A stretch of 64,000 nt of DNA from Caldisericia bacterium (lineage in GTDB: Bacteria > Caldisericota > Caldisericia > JAAYUI01). The first letter of the stretch is position 1. Each line of letters begins with the position of its first letter. The notes under the pieces were generated by a model. The model was not told the origin of the DNA, made no database searches, and saw nothing but the letters and a program-made list of their open reading frames with translations. Both the position numbers and the translations under genes were made by a program. Where the stretch lies: assembly GCA_963674785.1 (NCBI GenBank), contig OY771555.1, positions 384,001 to 448,000 of the forward strand, read 5' to 3'. Below, piece after piece: positions 39,108-48,822 of the stretch.

Positions 39108-41741
39108 TTACCCTTCCTTCAAAACCCTCACAGTTCCGGCACTACCATCCACCTCAATCATCATTCCATCTTTGAGTCGCTCTGAAGCAAGTCCAATCCC
39201 TGAAACACATGGTTTTCCGTACTCTCTTGCGACCATAGCACCGTGTTGAAGCATTCCACCCATCTCAAGAACAACTGCAGTAGCATTTACAAAGAGCGGA
39301 GTCCAACCAGGGTCAGTTGACCTTGTGACAAGAATTTCTCCAGGGTGAAGAGGTTTTTCAAAGGGTGAATGGAGAACCTTCACCTTGCCTATAACTTTTC
39401 CAGGTGAAATAGCGTCCCCCACCAACAAGTCTTTGTCACCCTCAGGTGCAGCAGGATTGATGATTCTTCCCCTTGAATCAAAAATTGCTGGGAATTTTTT
39501 GATATGAGAAATCCTGCTTGTATATCTGGTATTGTATTTTCTTAAGTCGTGAATATCAAATTTTTCATCCGCAAGAACCATGTCAATCTCTTCAATCTTT
39601 AGGTCAAATATCTGATTAGGGTAGTCCAATCTACCATCTGTCACAAGTCTTCTTCCAGCTTTTAAAATCTCTCTTTTAAACACTGACATTGCCCAAACAA
39701 TCCAATATTTGTGAGATTCACGGTAATAGAGATGCGCATTTAATACCTCGTAGGCTTTCTCAAATTTCTTTGCTTTGCCTATTTTTTCTGCTATTCTTTT
39801 GAGCTCTTTGAATGCCTGTTGCCGTTTTTGGGCAGATTTCTCAAAAACATTTCGAGGGTCTGATTCCGGATCATCTGATTCTGCCATCACCTTGAGTTGA
39901 TCAAAAATCAATTTTGGATTTTCATAAGGTTTTTCAGAAGCGACATCCAATTCCATTGGTGCTCTAAATCCATACTTTCTCATGAAATCTTCCCAAAGGC
40001 TCATAAACTCAGAACTGAATGATTTTCCCTCAAGACCTTTGATAAACTCACCATAATCCCTGGATTTTTTCACTTCATCAAATCGAGACAGGTCATACAT
40101 AGAAAAACCCATCTCCATGGTGACATTTCCAGGGAAGGATTTTTGAACATCAATAATGAGATCGGAATAAGCAGGCATCTTTTTAAAGATTTTCTTTATG
40201 ACTGTCTGCGCCTTTAAAACCGAATAGACTGTATAGAGAGAAACAGAGATCAGATCATGAGCATATATGCACATTTTCCTGGCAAACTCTGTATAAGAGC
40301 TATAATTTTCAGCCAAGTTTTCAATGTTGCTAACATATTCCTTTTCTTTTTCATGCACCAATTCCATATATTTTTCTGGGTCTTTGTATGCAGCAAAGTA
40401 GCTTTTTAGACTACCACTTGTTCCTTTGAAGCCTTTGATGAGTTTCCAGAACATAAATCTCAGATTTTTTGGGACTCTTTTTGGCTTATATTTTTTGAGA
40501 TTCTCCATTATTGTTTTGGTTGTAGAGCTGTCCAAACCAATGTTCATTTTGTTAAGAATCCACCTGCCAGACGTCGAAGCAGAGAGGTTGCTGACGTTCA
40601 GATAGTATTTACCATGAATAAAAATGAATATCCCATCTTTGACTTCAAAAAAGCCTTTTGCCAACTTCTCTCCCAACATTGGTTTCGTGTAATAATAAAA
40701 ATAATCTGAACCCAAAATTGAGAAATGCTTTTCAACCCCTTGTCCAGTTATTAATGCATCCACATAAAGAAGTCTGTCCTGTCCAGGTTCTGTGGTCATC
40801 TCATCGGGAATTGGAATGTACGTTGTTACATGCCTCGCTTGAAGAATAAATATTTTTCCATCAGAAACACACCATTCAATATCCGTTGGGTGTTTGTAAA
40901 GAGCCTCAATCTCCTTGCAGTTTTCTGCAAGTTCATGGATCTGTTCATCTGATAATGAGAACTCAGCATTCATCTCAGATTTTTTCTCAATAACATGACC
41001 AGTTTTTTCAGATATAATAACAGTTTCCTTTGACCCAATTTTCTTTTCAATGATGTGACCAGAAAGTTTATTATATATAACGGTATCAGGTTCAACACTG
41101 CCAGAAACTACAGATTCACCAAGCCCAAAATTTGAATTAATTACCAACTCATCAAGGTCATTTGTCACCGGGTTTACGGTAAAGGCAACCCCACTGGCAT
41201 CTGCATCAACTATCTCTTGCACAACAACAGCAATCTTGATTGATTCCTGAGGGATATTGTTTTCATGTCTATAGCTGATTGCACGTGCAGTCCACAGTGA
41301 TGCAAAACATTTGATTATGTGTTCTTCAACGTCTTCGGCCATTATATTTAGATACGTATCTTGAAGACCAGCAAAGCTCATTGTGGGTAGGTCTTCAGCT
41401 GTTGCAGAAGACCTTACTGCGAAATTCCTATCGAAGTTTTTAAGTTCTGTTTCGATTTCATTTGAAATCTCATCTGGCATTGAAACCGACAAAAATGCAG
41501 ACCTTATTTTTTCAGAGTATTTTTCAAGTGAAACCTGTGAGGAATAGTCGACCGCAAGCAAACAGGATTTGATTATTGCATCTAGTCCATTCTCAGTAAC
41601 AAACTCAAGATAAGCCTCAGTCCCCACTGCAAAACCATCAGGTACAGAAAAGCCAGCATTCATAAGTTTTGAGAGGTTTATAGTTTTCCCACCAAAAAGC
41701 TCAAATTCATTTGAGTCCTTAAGTTTTGCAGTTAGAAGCAT
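39108..41741 (-). CDS. PEP-synthase-like phosphotransferase, RPH/PigC architecture, paralog 2
   Basis: N-terminal ATP-grasp (GGK, AVRSSATAEDLP.MSFAGLQDT, DIEW, ILQAR); C-terminal swivel domain TDPGWTPLF, GGMLQHGAMVAREYG. Confidence 0.9.
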   Translation of the reverse strand: MLLTAKLKDSNEFELFGGKTINLSKLMNAGFSVPDGFAVGTEAYLEFVTENGLDAIIKSCLLAVDYSSQVSLEKYSEKIRSAFLSVSMPDEISNEIETELKNFDRNFAVRSSATAEDLPTMSFAGLQDTYLNIMAEDVEEHIIKCFASLWTARAISYRHENNIPQESIKIAVVVQEIVDADASGVAFTVNPVTNDLDELVINSNFGLGESVVSGSVEPDTVIYNKLSGHIIEKKIGSKETVIISEKTGHVIEKKSEMNAEFSLSDEQIHELAENCKEIEALYKHPTDIEWCVSDGKIFILQARHVTTYIPIPDEMTTEPGQDRLLYVDALITGQGVEKHFSILGSDYFYYYTKPMLGEKLAKGFFEVKDGIFIFIHGKYYLNVSNLSASTSGRWILNKMNIGLDSSTTKTIMENLKKYKPKRVPKNLRFMFWKLIKGFKGTSGSLKSYFAAYKDPEKYMELVHEKEKEYVSNIENLAENYSSYTEFARKMCIYAHDLISVSLYTVYSVLKAQTVIKKIFKKMPAYSDLIIDVQKSFPGNVTMEMGFSMYDLSRFDEVKKSRDYGEFIKGLEGKSFSSEFMSLWEDFMRKYGFRAPMELDVASEKPYENPKLIFDQLKVMAESDDPESDPRNVFEKSAQKRQQAFKELKRIAEKIGKAKKFEKAYEVLNAHLYYRESHKYWIVWAMSVFKREILKAGRRLVTDGRLDYPNQIFDLKIEEIDMVLADEKFDIHDLRKYNTRYTSRISHIKKFPAIFDSRGRIINPAAPEGDKDLLVGDAISPGKVIGKVKVLHSPFEKPLHPGEILVTRSTDPGWTPLFVNATAVVLEMGGMLQHGAMVAREYGKPCVSGIGLASERLKDGMMIEVDGSAGTVRVLKEG

Positions 41742-41751
41742 CTATTCCTCC

Positions 41752-44373
41752 TTAGGTCTCGTCTATGATTGATATTGTACCAGAAGAACCATCAACCTCA
41801 ATAAGCATTCCGTCCTTGAGTTTTTCTGTTGCATCGATAACACCCGCCACGCAAGGCTTTCCATACTCTCTTGCAACCATCGCACCATGTTGAAGCATCC
41901 CACCGATTTCAAGAACAACCGCAGCGGCATTGATAAAAAGAGGAGTCCAGCCGGGGTCAGTTGTTCTTGCAACAAGGATCTCTCCTGGAAGTATCTCTTT
42001 TTCTGTTGGGCTTTTTAAAACTTTCACACGTCCCTTTGCTCTTCCGGCAGATATTGCCTCTCCAAGAAGCTGACCTTCCTTTTCTTCGGGTTTTGGTGGA
42101 ACAGGGATTCTGCCCCGTGAGTCAATTATTGTTGGAAAATGTTTGATATGCTCGGTTTTTCTGATGTGTCTTGTGTTTTCTTCCCTGAGCTTTTGTACAT
42201 CTATACTTGGATTTTCCAAGATTTCATCAATCTGCACAACCTTCAGGTCAAAAATCTCATTAGCATCATTCAACCTTCCATCGGCAACAAGCTTTTTTGC
42301 AACCTTCAAAATCTCTTTTTTCATGGCATCAATTATCATCACAATATAATATTTGTGGGTTTCTCGATATCCACCGAGTGTGATTGTTACCTCATAGTTT
42401 TTGGGAAGCTTTGAGGAAAAACCCTTTTCATTTGCAAACTCCATGAGCTCAACATATGTTTTTTCACGCTCAGATACTGATTTTTTGTGAAGATAATCTG
42501 GTTTCATCATAGGTTCTGTGATTCTGCTCATCTGCTTGATCTGGTCAAAAACCATCTTTGGATTCTCCCATGGTCTCTCAGATTTCATATCAATTTCCAT
42601 CGGGCATCTGAATCCATATTTTTCCATGAAGGTTTCCCACTTATTTGAGAAAATCTTTGAAAATTTTCTGCTTGAAAAATCAAAATAATCTTTTGATTCC
42701 ACAATCTCAGGAAAACCCGATAATTCAAACATATCGAGCCCCATCAGGACTGTGATATTTCCAGGAAGAGACCTTTCAAGCAGATTTACCTTTTCTTTCA
42801 TTTCAGGATATGGAGCAAACAATTTATCAAGCCCAACCCTTGCTTTCTCTGATGCATATGTCGCCATCAGAGAAACCGAAATGAATTGACTATATAGTTC
42901 ACCTAGTGTCTCCGACAAAGAGTTTAATGATTCATATGATTCAAATGCTAATTTTATGTTTTCCTTTAGCCATTCCTCTTTTTCCAATATCTCAGCTAAA
43001 TACTCTTTTGGTTTATTGAATGCCCTAAAATACCCTCCAAGCCTTGGACTAAAAACGAAACTCTGTACTGATAAAAACCCCGCAAATCTGAGATTTCTTG
43101 GTCTTTTCCTGATTCTATAGTTTTTGATATTTCCCTTCATTGTGGCAAGGGTGACACTGTCTGCGACCCTTTCCCACTGATTTAAAAACCTATCCCCAAA
43201 CACACTGTACATATTGCTCAGATTTACATATCCTCTGCCATGAGAGTAGAATGTAAAACCATCCTTGATGCCATCTGTTTCTGTCCCAAAGATTGACTTT
43301 GAAAATGGTTTTTGGATATATCTGAAAAAGTTGATTCCAAGAACCGAGAAGTTTTTTTCAATCCCCTGACGTGAAACCATGAAATCAATATACAGAAGCC
43401 TTTCTTCGTCGGGTTTTGTTTGCATCTCTTCGGGGATTGGAATATATGTCGTGATGTGTCTTGCTTGAAGAATATAGATTTTGTCGTCTTTTATGCACCA
43501 TTCAATATCCATTGGATGGTCATAATGATCTTCGATTTTTCTAGAAACCTTTGATAATTCAAGTATTTGAGAATCAGAAAGTGATAATCTGCCCGGGTTT
43601 TCTGATTCTTGTTCTTCTGTGTTTCCACCTTCTTTTGGTATGATAACCTTTTGCTTTGAGCCGATTTTTTTCTCTATGATTTCACCAGAATACTTATTGA
43701 TAATAATATTGTCTGGCTCAACTGCACCCGAAACAACAGATTCACCAAGCCCAAAATTAGCATTTATTACAAGCTCATCATAATCATTGTTTGCTGGATT
43801 AATTGTAAAAACTACTCCGCTGACATCAGCATCGATTATCCTTTGAACAACAACAGATAATTTCACCGTTTCCTGCAAAATATTGTTTTCATTTCGATAA
43901 CTTATTGCCCTTGCTGACCAAAGACTTGCAAAGCATTTTTTTACATACTTCTCGATATCTTCAGCTTTGATATTGAGATATGTATCCTGGAGACCAGCAA
44001 AGCTCATTGATGGGAGGTCTTCTGCAGTTGCAGATGACCTTACCGCAAAATGTGTTCTCTCATCAAAACCTCTGAGATTTTCTTTTATTTCAGCTGAGAT
44101 TTCCGATGTCATTTTTCCTTTTTCAAATTGTCCAACAATAACAGATGACGTTTCTTCCAAGGATTTTTGAGAGGAAAAATCGAGCTTTGAAAGGTTAGAT
44201 TTTATGACTGTTTCAATTCCATTTACTATTATAAATTCATCATAAGCGATTGTTGAGATAGCAAACCCTGCAGGAACATTAAACCCAGCATCAGTAAGTT
44301 TTGCAAGATTCGAAGCCTTCCCGCCATATAATTCTAGTCTTGAGGTATCCTTAAGCTCTGCTGTATATTTCAT
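41752..44373 (-). CDS. PEP-synthase-like phosphotransferase, RPH/PigC architecture, paralog 1
   Basis: Same motifs; start reassigned to ATG 44373 (GGAGG RBS, ATGA overlap with upstream stop). Confidence 0.9.
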   Translation of the reverse strand: MKYTAELKDTSRLELYGGKASNLAKLTDAGFNVPAGFAISTIAYDEFIIVNGIETVIKSNLSKLDFSSQKSLEETSSVIVGQFEKGKMTSEISAEIKENLRGFDERTHFAVRSSATAEDLPSMSFAGLQDTYLNIKAEDIEKYVKKCFASLWSARAISYRNENNILQETVKLSVVVQRIIDADVSGVVFTINPANNDYDELVINANFGLGESVVSGAVEPDNIIINKYSGEIIEKKIGSKQKVIIPKEGGNTEEQESENPGRLSLSDSQILELSKVSRKIEDHYDHPMDIEWCIKDDKIYILQARHITTYIPIPEEMQTKPDEERLLYIDFMVSRQGIEKNFSVLGINFFRYIQKPFSKSIFGTETDGIKDGFTFYSHGRGYVNLSNMYSVFGDRFLNQWERVADSVTLATMKGNIKNYRIRKRPRNLRFAGFLSVQSFVFSPRLGGYFRAFNKPKEYLAEILEKEEWLKENIKLAFESYESLNSLSETLGELYSQFISVSLMATYASEKARVGLDKLFAPYPEMKEKVNLLERSLPGNITVLMGLDMFELSGFPEIVESKDYFDFSSRKFSKIFSNKWETFMEKYGFRCPMEIDMKSERPWENPKMVFDQIKQMSRITEPMMKPDYLHKKSVSEREKTYVELMEFANEKGFSSKLPKNYEVTITLGGYRETHKYYIVMIIDAMKKEILKVAKKLVADGRLNDANEIFDLKVVQIDEILENPSIDVQKLREENTRHIRKTEHIKHFPTIIDSRGRIPVPPKPEEKEGQLLGEAISAGRAKGRVKVLKSPTEKEILPGEILVARTTDPGWTPLFINAAAVVLEIGGMLQHGAMVAREYGKPCVAGVIDATEKLKDGMLIEVDGSSGTISIIDET

Positions 44374-45158
44374 ATTTTCATTCCTCCAAGTATTATCCAT
44401 ATGTTGCTTGCATGTTTGATTTCCACATCAAAACCGACACTTCCAAAAGTTTTCACAAGATTATCGGGTTCAAACGTGTTGATACTGAGAAACTTCTCAC
44501 TTGGTCTCAGTCCACCTTTTTTCCTTCTTCTTCCACATGCAATTGAAATCTTCCCACCTGGTTTCAAAACTCTGTTCATCTCTGAAAGCACAAGCTCTAC
44601 ATCATGAAAAAGATGAAGCGCTCCAGTACAGTTTATGCCATCAAAGGTATTATCGGGAAATGGAAGTTTATGTGCATCGCCCCTCATAAACATTATATTA
44701 TCAAGATTATCTCTTTTTGCATACCTCACAGCGATAGTCAACATCTGTGGAGAATAATCCAATCCGATTACATACCCATCTGGTGAGTTTCTTGCCATCA
44801 TCCGTGTATAGAGTCCTGGTCCACAGGCAATATCTAAAGATTTTGCATTTCTTGGTGTGGACTGGATTCCCTCGATTATCTTCATCTCATCGGTTAGTGA
44901 TATTCCAAACAGTTTCTTTTCCCAACCGCTATTCCTCCAAAGTTTTCCTTCATAGATTTTTACAATCGGGTTCCATTTCATCATTTTTTGAGCAAGGGTA
45001 TCTTTTGTTTTTTCTATTTTAAGGAAATCGATGTATCCATCTTGAATCATATATTTTTCTCCACAAACTCCACAGGAATAGCCACCATCTAATGTGGCTA
45101 GCTTGCCCGTGATGCCACAATTTTTACACCTAATCATGTTTGCAAATTCAGTCTTCAT
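44370..45158 (-). CDS. Class I SAM methyltransferase with N-terminal Zn-ribbon
   Basis: CKNC...CGVC; LDIACGPG, GLDYSPQML, GDAHKLPF, RVLKPGG. Confidence 0.9.
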   Translation of the reverse strand: MKTEFANMIRCKNCGITGKLATLDGGYSCGVCGEKYMIQDGYIDFLKIEKTKDTLAQKMMKWNPIVKIYEGKLWRNSGWEKKLFGISLTDEMKIIEGIQSTPRNAKSLDIACGPGLYTRMMARNSPDGYVIGLDYSPQMLTIAVRYAKRDNLDNIMFMRGDAHKLPFPDNTFDGINCTGALHLFHDVELVLSEMNRVLKPGGKISIACGRRRKKGGLRPSEKFLSINTFEPDNLVKTFGSVGFDVEIKHASNIWIILGGMKI

Positions 45159-45205
45159 AGATATTCGATCTCCTTTAAAAATATGAATAACTTATCTACA
45201 TTTAC

Positions 45206-45256
45206 TTCATATTATTCAATTAAATTGACATGTCAAGTATTTATGAATAATATGAA
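45206..45256. promoter_or_regulatory. Overlapping divergent promoters within an inverted repeat
   Basis: TTGACATGTCAA (45225-45236) gives a -35 on each strand; ttcatattattca (45206-45218) and tgaataatatgaa (45244-45256) each contain a TAATAT -10. Confidence 0.8.
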
Positions 45257-45260
45257 TATT

Positions 45261-45893
45261 ATGAGTTCAAATAATCGCACAAGTGATGGTTTCAACAAAA
45301 GAAGAGAGGCGAAGAAGGCCGCAATCATCGATTCTGCAAATGAACTGTTTGCTCAATATGGTCCTGAAAAAGTTAGTATTGCAGAAATTGCTTCAAGGGC
45401 AAAGGTTTCACCTGTAACAATATATAATCACTTCGGAAACAAGGATGAGTTGATAACAAAACTAGTCAGACACACGACAGATGGAATACTTGAAAGATAT
45501 AAAAAAATCTCTCAAAGCAACGCTCCATTTCCTGAAAAGATTGACATGGTTTTTGCTTTCAAGAGAGAAAATGCAATGTCTGCAAAATTCAACTGGATCA
45601 CAAAAGCTGCCAGCACAAACAAACAAGTCAGGGCTGAGCTTCAAGACTATTTTGACAACAGAACAAAAGGTGAGATGTTAAAACTCATCACACAAGGCAA
45701 GAACGAAAACTATATAAACCCAGAGCTTTCGGATGCTGCTGTTATGATCTTCCTCGATATTTTTGTGAATTATTATCTTAATAACCCTGAAATAACGAAT
45801 AAAATTGTGAGTGACGAAAAGCTCATGAGAGAGGTCTATTCAACCTTCTGGTGGGGGCTGGATGGTGAGAGAAGGGATATAAAGAGAGGGTAG
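45261..45893 (+). CDS. TetR/AcrR family regulator (probably leaderless)
   Basis: AIIDSANELFAQYG...EIASRAKVSPVTIYNHFGNKDEL; ATG 45261 lies 7 nt after the -10. Confidence 0.93.
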   Translation: MSSNNRTSDGFNKRREAKKAAIIDSANELFAQYGPEKVSIAEIASRAKVSPVTIYNHFGNKDELITKLVRHTTDGILERYKKISQSNAPFPEKIDMVFAFKRENAMSAKFNWITKAASTNKQVRAELQDYFDNRTKGEMLKLITQGKNENYINPELSDAAVMIFLDIFVNYYLNNPEITNKIVSDEKLMREVYSTFWWGLDGERRDIKRG

Positions 45894-45970
45894 GGGCACC
45901 CTTTTCAAAGATAGTAAATATAAGTCTAACAAGACTATTGTACAAATATATGTACAAAAAATACGACTTT

Positions 45971-45997
45971 TTGAACACGTTCTGGGGACGTGTTCAA
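45971..45997. terminator. Stem-loop between convergent genes
   Basis: ttgaacacgt-tctgggg-acgtgttcaa. Confidence 0.55.
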
Positions 45998-46079
45998 ATC
46001 TTGAACATATATTAATAATCTGTGGATAATTTGGTGGATAACTACCTGTCCCCTAATGACTGTTTCTCTACTTATTACT

Positions 46080-47219
46080 TCACTTCCCAGCTGATAACCT
46101 CAAACAAGTAACTGAATTCTCATATTCGGGGTCATTTGAATAAACAGGCAAGATTCCATCATAAAGCAAAAACGGAATATCTTCAGTGTGTTCATCTGTA
46201 ACCAAGAAAGTTTCACCAGAATCCAGATGATGACCCATGAGTTTGCTATTTTCTGAATCTAAGACGTCATTCCAGACAAGAAATTCACCATCTGTCATCA
46301 AGTCCATTTTGTGGTCAGCACCAACAACAATTGTGCTTTTTTCCACACCATCATCAAGAATGGAAATCGTTTTGATCTGACTATCTGAATAATTCTTGAT
46401 ATGAGTTTCAGGGTCTCTGACAACAACCGATGAAAGATAAAAGACTTTATTTTCGAGAAGATTGACGCTGTGAACATATCTTCCACTCACATCCAAATCA
46501 ACAACCTCACCGGTTTTATGATTCACCATATGAAGACCATCAAAGTCTTTATAGATAAGATTTTCTCCAGATAGTCCAATGATTTTCTCGGGTTGAACTC
46601 CTACCTCAAACTCCTTCATCTCACCAGATTCAAATTCATGTGAAAAAATGTTTGAATTTTCGACCCAAAAAACAAATTGATCTGATGCAAAAACCTCATC
46701 ACACTCCCCATCAGAAATAGATTTTATCCCACCATAAACAGAATCGAAGAATTTCAATCGCAGAGTCTCAGCATCCTCAAAATCAGGGTTTGACTCTAAC
46801 CAAACAACCTTTGCCTGCAGAAGGGTTGGATTCAACAAATTTGAACAATCCACATTCAATGAAATCTTTTCACCGCTTGGTCTGTCAAACAAAATCAACT
46901 CAGTATGATTCTTTTGTTCATTCCACTCATACCATATTGCCTTATACTCATTTAGCTGAGGATGTGTAACAAAAATATCCGGCTCATAGATGATTTCTTT
47001 TTCGCCGGTTTTTGTGTTGTAGGATGTAACGGCATACACCTTATCTGAATCACCTGTGGAGCTTGCAACATAAACAATCTCATCACCATGACAATCTGCA
47101 CCTACTCGGTACTCGATCTCTGTGAAGACACCAACACCAAGCTCAACTGGTGAGATTGTTATCGTCACCCCAGAAAATGCTATCACCAGAGACATCGCAA
47201 CCGTAAAAAGTTTCATCAT
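46080..47219 (-). CDS. Secreted TolB-like beta-repeat protein
   Basis: Signal peptide; AIWYE / VVWLE / VFWVE / LVWND repeats. Confidence 0.75.
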   Translation of the reverse strand: MMKLFTVAMSLVIAFSGVTITISPVELGVGVFTEIEYRVGADCHGDEIVYVASSTGDSDKVYAVTSYNTKTGEKEIIYEPDIFVTHPQLNEYKAIWYEWNEQKNHTELILFDRPSGEKISLNVDCSNLLNPTLLQAKVVWLESNPDFEDAETLRLKFFDSVYGGIKSISDGECDEVFASDQFVFWVENSNIFSHEFESGEMKEFEVGVQPEKIIGLSGENLIYKDFDGLHMVNHKTGEVVDLDVSGRYVHSVNLLENKVFYLSSVVVRDPETHIKNYSDSQIKTISILDDGVEKSTIVVGADHKMDLMTDGEFLVWNDVLDSENSKLMGHHLDSGETFLVTDEHTEDIPFLLYDGILPVYSNDPEYENSVTCLRLSAGK

Positions 47220-47311
47220 AAACAACCCCCTTCCACAAGAGAGTCTATCACAACGAGTGAAGTATCAAAGAGGAAGATGGTAACATTGATGTTAAGAAGA
47301 ATTCTATGATT

Positions 47312-48685
47312 CTAATTAGTTTTGAAATCAGTATCTCTTTCTGGTGTCGGTGTTCTAATTATGTAGGCATCATTTATGTCATACATAAATGGTTCATGAC
47401 CATATATTCCGATACCTGTAAAGTTATGTTCAATTGAATGGACATCTTCCATCTCTTCATCTGGTTGATTTCTGTCCTCGAGCAATGCCCAACCAACAAT
47501 TGATTCATCCTCAGGGTCTTGTAGTTTGTACCACATTCTCTCAAGTCTCTCTTGGACAAGTGCATTTTCTACATTTTCGGATGAATCATCACATCTAATC
47601 CTTGATCTCACCCAACATCTTTCTTTTTTGGGACCATCTGAATCTATAATTTTCATATAATCAAACTTTTCCAACTCAGCCATCACTTTAGAGTTTTTAT
47701 TGGCTTTCTCATAAAGCTTCACACCATAAATATCAATCTTTTGGTCATTAACAATTGCAGATTGAACATCTTCACATATCAATACATAGTTTAAACCTTC
47801 TGGAAGCATCGGTATGTCTGTAGCCTTTTCTTGTATAACTAACCGAGATTCTGATACATAAACATTGTCTCCAGAAACCTTTTCAACAAATGCAAGTTGC
47901 CCATATCTGATGGTATTTCCATTATCATCAATTATTGTATCCCACAATAAAACATCTCCAGCAACAGGAAGACTTTTTGAGCTTGAATACTTTTCTATTG
48001 AAAAACCATAATCTAAAAGCAAATAAGCATTGCTTTTCCAATTCATCTCACCACTCACAAACGGAAACCTAAGTGCTTGGTTTGGGTACATAATCTTTGT
48101 TGTTGCAATCTTTTCTGAAAGCACACCCGTTTCCTTCATCCTTCCATAAACAAACCATTTTTCATTGCCGGTATATGAGTGTTTAGCGATAAACTCTGTA
48201 TTATCATAATCAACTAAAGTATAGCGGACACTTAAGTAGCTTTGATCATATGAGAAAATAGAGTCAACATAGTGAGGACTTTTCAAATCTGCAATATCCA
48301 AAATTACATTCTTCTCCAAAACATCTTGTTGTCTTGATCTAATCTCAAAAAGTATCTGAGGGATTCCCCACGTACCGATAAGAACAACTCCACACAAAAT
48401 AAGAAAGATAAGCAGATATGACACAAATACATTAGATCGAGTTCTCAAATAATCGCTAAAAATCTGAATTTTTCTACTATAAAACTTATTCAAAAAAATA
48501 TAGAGCACAAAAACAAATATTATTACCGGGACAAATAACCAAAATAATGCCCATTGAGACTTAAGAAATGATGCAAATCCAATAATAATTGTCACAAATA
48601 AGGAGGATACACCAATGATATTTCCAATACTCTCACTCGATAACGTTCCCCCAGTCTCAATTTCATCACCATTTCTTTCAGGCAT
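47312..48685 (-). CDS. 3-TM protein with degenerate CHAP domain and SH3b-like domain
   Basis: Three N-terminal TMs; YTGNEKWFVYGR and PVAGDVLLW...YGQLAFVEKVSGDNVYVSES; VKLYEKANKNSKVMAEL...WYKL...VGWA; start ATG 48685. Confidence 0.65.
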   Translation of the reverse strand: MPERNGDEIETGGTLSSESIGNIIGVSSLFVTIIIGFASFLKSQWALFWLFVPVIIFVFVLYIFLNKFYSRKIQIFSDYLRTRSNVFVSYLLIFLILCGVVLIGTWGIPQILFEIRSRQQDVLEKNVILDIADLKSPHYVDSIFSYDQSYLSVRYTLVDYDNTEFIAKHSYTGNEKWFVYGRMKETGVLSEKIATTKIMYPNQALRFPFVSGEMNWKSNAYLLLDYGFSIEKYSSSKSLPVAGDVLLWDTIIDDNGNTIRYGQLAFVEKVSGDNVYVSESRLVIQEKATDIPMLPEGLNYVLICEDVQSAIVNDQKIDIYGVKLYEKANKNSKVMAELEKFDYMKIIDSDGPKKERCWVRSRIRCDDSSENVENALVQERLERMWYKLQDPEDESIVGWALLEDRNQPDEEMEDVHSIEHNFTGIGIYGHEPFMYDINDAYIIRTPTPERDTDFKTN

Positions 48686-48822
48686 ATGCACCCCCTTATC
48701 TTTTGCTGGGACACAGAGACATCCCAACAGGCACATGCCCATTATACATCAAAAAAAAGGGGGTTACTTATTCTGAAAACTCAAAAAATGTCGAAAATAG
48801 GACATAAATGTCGATATTGTTC

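Noticed and set aside
39108-44373. Annotation as phosphoenolpyruvate synthase (ppsA) or confirmed rifampin resistance (rph)
   Set aside because: His-swivel domain is C-terminal and there is no pyruvate-binding barrel, so not PpsA; substrate cannot be inferred, so no rph symbol
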